Shown piece by piece: positions 10,858-20,000 of a stretch of 20,000 nucleotides of DNA. This DNA is from Emiliania huxleyi CCMP1516 (Eukaryota): the NCBI RefSeq assembly GCF_000372725.1, contig NW_005201123.1, positions 301,679-321,678 of the forward strand, written 5' to 3'. Position 1 is the first letter of the stretch; each line of letters starts with the position of its first letter. The notes below the pieces were generated by a model. That model saw nothing but the letters and a program-made list of their open reading frames with translations, searched no databases and was not told the origin of the DNA. Made by a program: the position numbers and the translations under genes.

Positions 10858-12202
10858 GGGCCGGGCCCGGCCGGCGCCTCCCCCTTTCCTTGCAAAAGTA
10901 AGAGCTATTGCAATACGTCCAGCTACTCGAGTACGTCACTGGAAAAGTGCAAATGAGCCCGCGAGTACAGTAGGGGGAGGGCTCCCAGGGCTTCGAGGTT
11001 TTTTCAGTTGTTCTATCGTGCGCTGCTCACTCACTATACACTGAGTGGAGAGAGAGTACACCACACACACAAACACTACTCCCCAACGCGCGGCTAGCCA
11101 GGCCTGTCTGCTACACGATGGCGACGTTCTCAGGGTTCTGTCTGCGTGCTTTTGCTGCCTCCCACTTGGAGTCGGCAGTAAAGCAAGTGGGTGGAAGCGG
11201 GGGCGACAGGGACGGCGGCGGCGGCGGCAGGGGGCTGGGGGGTCGGCGATGCCGAGGTGTGTGCCCATGTTTGTGCGTGGGGGGCGTTGCACGCCGCGGA
11301 TCAGGCCGGGCGGCGGGGAGGCGTCACGGGAGGAATCGGACGGCGACGGCGGCGGCAGGGACAGGGGCAGTGGTCGAGACCGAGGTGTCGAACTGAGAGG
11401 CACTACTGGAGGCTACCTCCGGCCACCGCTCGACTACCCACGCACATGGCCGGTCCTGTGGCTTGCCTGGACTCGCTCAGAAGCCTCAATTCGCGCACAC
11501 CTTTGCTCTCTGGCTCCCGCGAGTGTGTTCAGGCCACTCAAGCAGGCGACGCCGAGCACCCGCAATGCATCTCGCCGGGGCGCCACCTATCGACCCGACT
11601 GGTTGGCAGCATCAAAGCCGACCCCATGACGGTCCTTCAGCCCCACGATATAGGCAGTTGCGCCCTGATCTCGGTCCAAGACGGCCAACGCCATGTCCGG
11701 CACCTGCTGGCTGCTTCACGGGGATGCCCACCCGGACACATGCTGCAGCCCCGAGTGGATGTATTGGTCGTTTGCGGGTCCCACAAGACTACTCTAGTAG
11801 GGGCCGGGCGCTTGAGCGTCGGCGGTACACCTGTGCAGATGTTGCACGGGTGAAATGGCTCCTCGTACAGGGTAGGAGGCAGGTGGTGGGTTTGAGTGTC
11901 GTAAGTGCTTGCGGCCGCGAGTGCAGCACCGTTTGTGACTCCCATGGATACAGTTGGGTGGGCCACGGTGCTGGGGGGCGGTCCGGTGCGCCACAACAGC
12001 CTCCCCGGCTGACCCCCATCCAGTTCGACACCTCCATCCCGACCGTGGAAGCCCAACTTCAACCGGTCATATCTCGGGCGGACTGGCACCTCACGAGCTC
12101 ACCCTGGGCGGTTTGGGGGAGTCTTGGGGGTGTACTTGAAGGTGGTAAAAAGAGTTTTGCACCGCAGCTTAACCGAGGGGCGTCCTGAGCACCGTGAAAA
12201 CA

Positions 12203-12336
12203 GCGGACTAGTTTATCTCGGCTTCTCCACATGACCCAAGCATCTGCACCGTGAGGTGTGATACATTGGGGCGTAAAGGGTCAGTCTGGAGTCGCGTGCC
12301 TCCACAACGGAAGAGCTACGCAGTACCTGACATCCC
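12203..12336. repeat. Direct repeat A, copy 1 (134 bp)
   Basis: Identical by inspection to 13007-13140 (GCGGACTAGTTTATC...CCTGACATCCC). Confidence 0.95.
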
Positions 12337-12669
12337 CTGGGGTCTTGCCACTAAAGGCGGAGGGTTGGGACTCAAACAGCTTGGACGAACTGCAGGTCCG
12401 GAGGTAACCTCAACGTCCTGCAGCCGGCCGCGGCGCCGTAAGCGGATCGCACCTCAGACCAAGAAGAGAGGTGGGGCTCTACGTAGAGCACCTACCTCCG
12501 CGTAAACGACGCGGGAGTCTCCCCCGCATAAAGAGGGGGGAGAGGTAAGATGGGCCGACGACAGGACCCATTACGCGAGCAGAGGCTCGAGCTGACATTG
12601 CCGTGAGAGCCACGGTGGATCCCATGCTAGCGTGAGCGCTTAGCATGCCACCAAGGAGAGGGTGGGTGG

Positions 12670-12889
12670 GAACCAAAGAGAGATGGCGCAGCCGGAGGGC
12701 TGGCGCCGTCAGAGAGGATGGAGCGGCCACAGAGGTGGCGCGGCATCAGGTCCCATGAGCAGGGAGAGAGCGCAGCGAGAGCGCCGCCCATGAGGAGCAA
12801 GGGCCAAGCGCGCTCGCGAAAGTAGGCGGCGAAAGCGCGCACCAGCTGAAGTGCAAGTTTGGTGTTCACAGCAGCGGAGGCTGAGTGAA
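12670..12889. repeat. Direct repeat B, copy 1 (220 bp)
   Basis: Matches 13575-13793 except for a 1-nt indel (ACCAGCTGAA vs ACCAGCGAA). Confidence 0.95.
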
Positions 12890-13006
12890 GACCGCATGCG
12901 ATGTGCGCGAGGGCACATGAGAGGGACTCAGGAGAGGTATCCGTGAGTACCCTACGATAAACTAGTGGCCTACCACGAGTTGGGGCCCCCACCCCAATCG
13001 TTATCG

Positions 13007-13140
13007 GCGGACTAGTTTATCTCGGCTTCTCCACATGACCCAAGCATCTGCACCGTGAGGTGTGATACATTGGGGCGTAAAGGGTCAGTCTGGAGTCGCG
13101 TGCCTCCACAACGGAAGAGCTACGCAGTACCTGACATCCC
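13007..13140. repeat. Direct repeat A, copy 2
   Basis: Identical by inspection to 12203-12336. Confidence 0.95.
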
Positions 13141-13248
13141 AACGCAGAGTGGAGGGAGCGGGTGCAGACGGACCTCGCATCCCAATGAAGCCAGAAGAGG
13201 GGCAGATGCGCTCGTGACGAGGAGCGACCCCAGCGTGAAGCCTACATT

Positions 13249-13576
13249 CACGCCACGCCGCCCACGAGGCGGCACACGAGACGAGGCTCGAGTAGACGAA
13301 AAGCGAGACGAGGCTCACTCAAGGCGGCAGCAGAGACAGCCGCCCGCCACGCCACGCCGCCCAAGAGGCGGCACACGAGACGAGGCTCGAGTAGACGAAG
13401 AGCGAGACGAGGCTCACTCGAGGCGGCGGCAGAGACGGCCGCCCGCCACGCCACGCCGCCCACGAGGCGGCAGACGAGGCGAGGCTCGAGTAGACGAAGA
13501 GCGAGACGAGGCTCACTCGAGGCGGCGGCAGAGACAGCCGCCCGCCACGCCACGCCGCCCACGAGGCGGCACACGA
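13249..13576. repeat. Tandem repeat, 99-bp unit, about 3.3 copies
   Basis: Units beginning CACGCCACGCCGCCC start at 13249, 13348, 13447 and 13546. Confidence 0.95.
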
Positions 13577-13793
13577 ACCAAAGAGAGATGGCGCAGCCGG
13601 AGGGCTGGCGCCGTCAGAGAGGATGGAGCGGCCACAGAGGTGGCGCGGCATCAGGTCCCATGAGCAGGGAGAGAGCGCAGCGAGAGCGCCGCCCATGAGG
13701 AGCAAGGGCCAAGCGCGCTCGCGAAAGTAGGCGGCGAAAGCGCGCACCAGCGAAGTGCAAGTTTGGTGTTCACAGCAGCGGAGGCTGAGTGAA
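13575..13793. repeat. Direct repeat B, copy 2
   Basis: Matches 12670-12889. Confidence 0.95.
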
Positions 13794-14016
13794 TGCCGGA
13801 TAGCGCTTTAGCGCGGCCCGGGTTCTTTACCGATTAGTATCCGACGTTCCTCGATAACTTCGAAGTTATCACCAATAACGCGCGTCCGCGCGATTCCAGT
13901 CGACGCGAGGCCATGGCCTCGCAGCCGACGCAGAGCGTGCGGTAGTCGACCATTCTTTCTCCACCGGCTCGCAACCCTTGCGTGCCGATTGACGCGCTGC
14001 GCTCTCGCGCCGCGCT

Positions 14017-14973
14017 ATGGTGGGCAGTCTCCTGGACGCCTACAACCTCATCTGCGGCAAAGTGGAGCCCGCAGCCACGCCAGTTGAAGAGGGTGGCACA
14101 GCAAGCGCGTCGCTGCTGGACTCATACGACCGACAGGCCGGGTCTCTTGACCGCGCTGGATCGGTGGAGGAGGCCTCAGCGCCTGCCTCCCGAGGACCTG
14201 CGCCACAGCGGCCAGGTGCCTCCTCTGGAGACCGGGACCTAGCGCCCGCCTCTCATGGACCTGCGCCACAGATGCCAGGTGCCACTGTGGCTCAGGTCTC
14301 CACCACAGCAGACTCTCTCTTGGAGGCTTTCGTGGCTCTGGACGCCCCACGGCCTGTGTCCGCTCCTGGGAAGCGGAAGAGCTTTGAGAGCGCCGCTGAT
14401 GAGAGAAAATCGAAGGCGGATCACGAGGCCGCGAGGCTATTTGACATGCTCCCACACGGCGTCCTGCCCGTGGTTGGTGGGGCAGGATCCTCCCTCGTGG
14501 CAGCCCTGCAGACGTACAGGGCGGCTGGTATCCAGTTCCTCGCCCAGCGAGGGGGTAAGACCGGGGACAAGACGACAAAGACACGCCTGTTCCTGGAGAA
14601 CTTCATGACAGTCATGAACTCGGAAGGCCGATCCCGAGCGGATTTATTCCCCATTACGCAGACTGACGCCATGTTTGCCGCCGGTCGCATGGGCGAGGTG
14701 ATGTCACCGACAGCCTATGCGCGGTACGCTCCGGCGCTGGATTTCCTGAACACTATTCAGCCGACTTCATGCCCTCTGATCGTGGGTTATAAACCGGAGG
14801 CCCTCCCGGTCCGCATTCCCCGCAGGCCTGCGCCCGACGGTGCGGGTAAGGCCAGGGGCACCCCTTCCCCTGCGTCCCTGCTGCATCTCTCCAACTATGT
14901 CGACAGCCCGCCCAGCGACATCAGTGAGGCTATTCGGGAGAAGGCCCGCGAGGTTTTGTGTTTCCGGAATTAG
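14017..14973 (+). CDS. Mobile-element-associated ORF (318 aa); C-terminal half weakly resembles the core-binding region of a DIRS/Crypton-type tyrosine recombinase; likely truncated
   Basis: ATG-initiated with a protein-like composition unlike the GC artefact ORFs. The pattern LFPIT...SPTAYARYAPALDFL...KARGTPSPASLLHL recalls YR N-terminal domains. No catalytic R-H-R-Y motifs were seen. Confidence 0.4.
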   Translation: MVGSLLDAYNLICGKVEPAATPVEEGGTASASLLDSYDRQAGSLDRAGSVEEASAPASRGPAPQRPGASSGDRDLAPASHGPAPQMPGATVAQVSTTADSLLEAFVALDAPRPVSAPGKRKSFESAADERKSKADHEAARLFDMLPHGVLPVVGGAGSSLVAALQTYRAAGIQFLAQRGGKTGDKTTKTRLFLENFMTVMNSEGRSRADLFPITQTDAMFAAGRMGEVMSPTAYARYAPALDFLNTIQPTSCPLIVGYKPEALPVRIPRRPAPDGAGKARGTPSPASLLHLSNYVDSPPSDISEAIREKAREVLCFRN

Positions 14974-15159
14974 TTTGCTGTTAGTGCGGCAACCGGCAAC
15001 CCAGCCAGCAGCCACGGGACAGCTGGGGTCTGGCTAGATAGAACCGGGGATTTCCATCCAACCAAGTAAGTATGACACCCGGGGATTTTCAGGCTACCGA
15101 GGACCACCCCCAGGTGGGAGTTTGCCGAGTTTCACACTCATCACTCTCAACCCCGCTCT

Positions 15160-15262
<103 letters not shown>

Positions 15263-15286
15263 CCCCCCATTGGCCTGCACATACAA

Positions 15287-15620
15287 GGGTTTCCTCTCGC
15301 ACGGGTTTCCTCTCGCACCCTACCTGGTTTCCTTTCCGTGTTTCCTGCTAGTTTCCCTACAGCACCCTCTAGTTTCCTGGGGAAACTCCCGGGGAAACCA
15401 TCCATTTTTCCGGGCTCTGACAAACCCCGGGTATACCTGGAAAATACCCGGTATCGTGCCGATTTCCTCAATTTTGCCTCAGATTTTGCCCCAGACCAGC
15501 TCTCAGTACTCAGACTCAGGGTACAGGGAAACTCGAGAGAAACAGAATGGAGCACCAAACACCCTCTGCTTTCCCTGGAAACTTCCGGAAACGCAAAGTG
15601 CCGGGGACCCTCTGGTTTCC
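15287..15620 (+). mobile_element. TIR-less relative of the 8628-9085 MITE internal sequence
   Basis: Shares long blocks such as CGATTTCCTCAATTTTGCCTCAGATTTTGCCCCAGACCAGCTCTCAG and CAGAATGGAGCACCAAACACCCTCTG...CCGGAAACGCAAAGTG with 8889-9015, but lacks the TIRs. Confidence 0.85.
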
Positions 15621-15624
15621 CTCT

Positions 15625-15975
15625 GGGTTGCTCGACGATTTCCACGAAGCTTCATTGGAATTTGAGAAACTTGCGAGGGGCTTAAGAGAAGGATGGAACA
15701 AACTGACGCGGGCCCAGTACCTCGATGAGGTGACATGGACCACCAAGAGCTGGCTGGGGCTGCAGAAGCAGCGCATCTCAGACGTTCTTCACACGGCCAT
15801 CGCAGAGCAGATTGATTGTGAATGAGCTTGCCTGCGGCGAGGGCGGTCGAGTGCACGGAGCTAAGTGCCTCGCTCGCCGTCCTCGCAGGAGTCGCTTAGG
15901 ATGCCTAGGCGGCTCCCGTGGTGTACCTGTGTTAGTGCCAGTGCGCGCCAGTCCCGTGCCCAGAAAGAAAGAAAA
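15625..15975 (+). mobile_element. Probable 5'-truncated 3' fragment of a CRE-like (RLE-type) non-LTR retrotransposon: ORF end, structured 3' UTR and A-rich tail
   Basis: Peptide ...EKLARGLREGWNKLTRAQYLDEVTWTTKSWLGLQKQRISDVLHTAIAEQI* resembles the QRLSVAL.R..A..I helix that ends RLE domains (recalled, not searched). Hairpins lie at 15831-15915 and the tail AAAGAAAGAAAA at 15964-15975. Confidence 0.55.
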
Positions 15976-16076
15976 CGGACAACCCAAGGTAGGGATGGGA
16001 AGTCCTGTGCCCAGTCTAATTTTTAGAGGTATTTTTTTCTCGAAAGCACGGCCTCGTCGACGCTTGAGTGCCACCC

Positions 16077-19000
16077 ATGCCGAAGAAGGTGCATCGCGGC
16101 ACGCCGCCATCCGCGGCGGTCTTTGAGGAGGACGTCTTTGAGGACGACCGCGAAGAAGCGGGCGCTCGCCGCCGCCGCGCTCTCGACGATGACTCTGAGG
16201 AGAGCGACGGCGGCCTGGCAGGCGAGGACGAGGAGATCACCTCGGATGAGGACGACGACGGGGTCGGCGTCCGGCGGCGTCCGGATGATCTGGAGTCTAT
16301 GGGCTCATCGGTCGACCCCGATGACGTCACAGATCTCTCACGCATGCTCTCTGAGAGCGACGGCGAGGGCGCTGGTGGCGGCGGCGCGGCCAAGAAGAAG
16401 GCCGCCCGCTCCTCCGAGGGTGCCGCAATGCTGCAGGCCGTGGGATTGCGCGCGAGCGGCGCCCGGCGGCCGCGAGAGCGCACCGAGGGCCACGAGGAGG
16501 GCGAGCTGTCGATGCCCGATGCCCCGCAGCTGAGCGTCGACGACCTGCTCGGCGCGGGCCTCGCACACACCGGCCTTTTTTTTACCTGCCGCCCTTCCGC
16601 CCCTATTCTCCCGGCTGCCCCCCCCCCCCCCCCCTCCAGCTCCCGCCCCTCCTACACTGCTGCGCTTACGACTGCCGCCCTCACCGCCGCCGCCCGCAGT
16701 CTCACCACTGCCGCAGTCTCACCACTGCCTCTGCCTCACCACCGCCTCTGCCTCACCAGGCTCGCTCGGCGACGAGGCGGGCTTTGGGCAGCTGCAGCGC
16801 GACCTGCAGGGGGTGGCAAAGCAGGGCGCTCGTCGCTCCTCCCACGCGCAGCTGACCGCGCCGCTCGAGCTGAGCGACAAGCGCAGGATCGAGCGCAAGG
16901 CTGCGGCGGAGGCGGCGCACGCCGACGTGTCTGGGTGGGAGGGTGCGGTGCAAAAGCAGGCGGCTGCGGAGTCGCTGAGCTTCCCGCCGGAGCGGCAGCA
17001 CGTGCACGGCGCGACGCTTGGCTCGCTGACCGCGGGCGCCTCCAAGAACGACCTCGAGCGCGGCGTCGACGAGCTGCTCGAGGCGCAGGTATCCGACCCT
17101 GCACATTTCCGAGACACTTCCAGGAGCGGCTCGAGGCGCTAGCATCCACTCCGCTCCGCCTACAAGGATGCCCCGCCACACACATGCACCCTTTTGCAAG
17201 GGGTGCCGCAAAGGCTCAACCCTCCTGCCTCCCCTCCAGGGCCTGAGCGAGCGCGCCGTCGCGGCCGCGGAGCGCGAGGCGCTGAGCGGCCTCGACCAGA
17301 GCGCCCGCCTCACCCCGCAAGAGGTGTGCTGGTCGCTCCGCCCCGGGTCCATGACCTGTCCAAGACCCGTCCATGACTGCCACACGAGGCCTCTCTCCCG
17401 CCGCTCGGGAGCCTCTGCTCTCTCCACCAAGCACGCGGCCCAGACTCGCCGCCGGCGTGTGTCACTCCCCTTTCCCGCGCGCTCGCTCGCAGGCGGCCAA
17501 GCGCATGGCGGAGATGAAGAAGATGCGCGACTTGCTGTTTTACCACGAGGCGAAGGCCAAGCGCGTCGCCAAGATCAAGTCGCGGTCGTACCGCAAGGTG
17601 CACAAGAAGGCATCCAAGGCGCGGGCGGAGGCGGAGGAGGCGCTGGACAAGCACTCGGCGCAACGCATGCAGATGAAGCGCGAGGTGGAGCGTGTGCGCG
17701 AGCGCATGACCCTCAAGCACAAGAACACGTGCGCGGGGCCTGAGACACTCCCAAGACACTCCCAAGACAGTTTCGAGACACTTTGAGCGCCTGCCACGCG
17801 CCTCTGCGGCCAACACCGCCCTTTGAACGTTTCGCCTCCGGATCCCAACCCCCACGCCCATGAGCCACACAACATGGCTCACGGCATGCGTGTGGGTGCG
17901 TGTCTGCAGGTCGCGCTGGGCAAAGCACGCGCTCAAGCAGCAGAAGCACAACCCGGCGCTCGCCCAGGCCGTGCAAGAGCAGGTCGCAAAAGGCGAAGAG
18001 CTGCGCCGCAAGCAGATGGACGCGGAGGCGGCCGGCAGCGACGACGACAGCGACTACGACAGCGACGACGAGAGCGAGGGCGGCGAGCCGCTGGAGCCGG
18101 CCGAGCGGGACGCAAAGCTACTGTGGAAGCTGCAGAATGAGGCTGAGCCGGAGCGGCCGAGCAAGGGCGTGTTTGGCATGGCCTTCATGCGCCGTGCGCA
18201 CGAGCGGCAGCGTAGCGAGGCGCAGCAGATGCTCGACGAGCTGTCGGCGGACTTGCGCCACGGTTCGGTCGCGGTGCCGGCGTCCGGCGGACGGGGCGAC
18301 GAGGGCAGCGATGCTTCCGACGAAGAGGGCACAGCCGGCCGCGACGAGGCGGCGGCGGCGGTCGCGCCACCCGCCGCGCCTCCAGCAGTTGCGCCCGCCC
18401 CGCTCCCAGCGCTGTCGACGGCGGGGCAGTTGCGCAAGACGCGAGGCGCGGCGGCGGTCACCGTCGGCGCGAGGCTGCCCATGGGGAGCGAAGGCCAGGA
18501 GGCGGCGGGCAGCCCTGCACTTGCGCGGCCTCGCGCGGACAGAAGAGGCGCCGGCGGGAAGTCGGTTGCGCGCGTTGCGGCCGCCCCCGCGCCATCCTCC
18601 TCGGCGCCGGCGCGGCCGCCGGCCTCAAAGGCGGAGCCGGGCAGCGGTTGGGCAGTGCCCGACATCGTTTCTCCCGCTGGCCACACGCTGCTGCCGCGCG
18701 CGCAATCGGACCATTTTGCGGGCGGTGTGGCCGCTGCCGCGCTGGCCCCGCCGGCGGCGGTCCGCGTTGCAGGGCCAGACGAGCAGGGCGAGGCTCGGGC
18801 GGAGGGAGCGCCGGCGAGCAAGGGCAAGCGGGGGAGAGCGAGCAAGCGCCGGCGTGGCGCCGTGGCGGGCGAGGCGGACGGTGCTGCCGAGGAGGCGGCG
18901 GACGCGGAGGCTGACTTCGGCCACGGCGGGGACGAGCTGGTCGACGGTGACGCTCGCTTCTCTCCCTCTTCCCCTCTCTCCTTCCCTCTCCCGGCTCTCG

Positions 19001-19604
19001 CCGTCGCCGCCGCCGAGACGTCGCTGCTGCCCTCTCACTCGCGCGCTCCCTGCCCCGCCCGATAGGCGCCTCCCTTCTGCTGCCGTGCGCCAGCCAGCGG
19101 GCACTCGTCGAGGCCGCTTTCCCGGAGAGCGCGGTCGCGGCCGAGTTCGAGGCGGAGAAGCGGGGCGTCGTCGAGGCGGAAGCCGGCGTGGAGGAGGAGG
19201 AGACCCTCCCTGGCTGGGGCGATTGGGCGGGTCTGGGGGCGCGCGTCGGCAAACGCCAGCTGGAGCGGAAGCGTTCGGCGGCGGAGGCGCGGCGCGAGCA
19301 GCTTGAGGCGGCGGCTGCAAGGCGGCAGGACGCGGCGCTGCGCCACGTCATCGTGTCGGAGAAGCGCGACAAGAAGGCGGCGCGCTTCACGGTCGCGGCT
19401 GTGCCCTTCCCCTTCAAGACGCGCGAGCAGTTTGAGCGGAGCATGCGCAACCCGGTCGGCCTCGAGTGGAACACCGTGGACTCCCACGCGGCGCTGGTCA
19501 AGCCGCGCGTCTCCACTGTGCGCGGTGCGGTCATCGATCCCATCGCGCAGCACCGAAAGGCGGAGGGGGGTGGGGGGCGCAAGACCAAGCGACCCCGGGT
19601 ATAA
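16077..19604 (+). CDS. UTP14: U3 snoRNA-associated protein 14 (SSU processome); exons 16077-16551, 16760-17088, 17240-17323, 17493-17728, 17910-18946, 19066-19604
   Basis: Utp14 motifs EMKKMRDLLFYHEAKAKRVAKIKSRSYRKVHKK, ERMTLKHKNTSRWAK, KGVFGMAFMRRA, TLPGWGDWAG, RQDAALRHVIVSEK and VPFPFKTREQFERSMRNPVGLEWNT...GAVIDPI. All five introns are phase-compatible. Confidence 0.95.
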
Positions 19605-20000
19605 GCCGGGGCGGCGCTCGCACGTGCGTGCACAGCTGTTTCTCGAAAAATACATGTTGAAGACAACGCCTCATACGCGCACGCACAAAAGCAAAACTCA
19701 AAAAACCCGGTCCTGTGTAAGAGCCGTAACCCGTGTACGTAATTGGCGCCGGGGCCGGCCTTATGCTTATCCCGCGACGGTGAACTCAGTGACAGTGTCA
19801 GAGTCAGTGAAGAGAAAGAGACCCGGCACAGCGCGGGTAAATGAGGGTCTCTCTCTGTCTCTGCATGAACTCTCCTCGCGGCTCGCTGATTTAACGTATA
19901 ACGACGTGCTCGAGGGACGTTTTGAACTGGGGTTAGCATCGTAGGAAAAGCGCTCTCTCGCCTCCCGCCCTCCGCCCTCCCCCCCTGCATGACGCGCCGG

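Noticed and set aside
12263..12280. ATTGGGGCGTAAAGGG resembling a 16S rRNA segment
   Set aside because: The match is short and no flanking rRNA homology is visible.
12860..12955. Group II intron-like 3' end (bulged A then ACCCTAC)
   Set aside because: There is no convincing domain V (AGC/CGC triad, GAAA loop, AC bulge) upstream and no interrupted host gene.

Overview
This is very GC-rich eukaryotic genomic DNA with spliceosomal introns, including a GC-AG intron, and two 100-N scaffold gaps. The style suggests a haptophyte such as Emiliania/Gephyrocapsa (inference). Genes: the 5' part of a 14-3-3 gene (+, 1733 to the gap), a minus-strand multi-exon fibronectin type III protein gene (8314 to the gap) that probably continues as a low-complexity tail (5241 to 3834), and a complete six-exon UTP14 gene (+, 16077-19604). 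Between them (about 8.6-16.0 kb) lies a dense mobile-DNA island. It holds two non-autonomous TIR elements, each with a perfect 8-bp target-site duplication (hAT-like), and a probable 3' fragment of a CRE-like non-LTR retrotransposon whose 44-bp terminus recurs elsewhere in the window. The most unusual part is an A-x-B-y-A-z-B split-direct-repeat module rich in hairpins and GATAA/TTATC inverted motifs, lying just upstream of an ORF that weakly resembles the N-terminal half of a tyrosine recombinase. Most long ORFs in the track are artefacts of high GC content.
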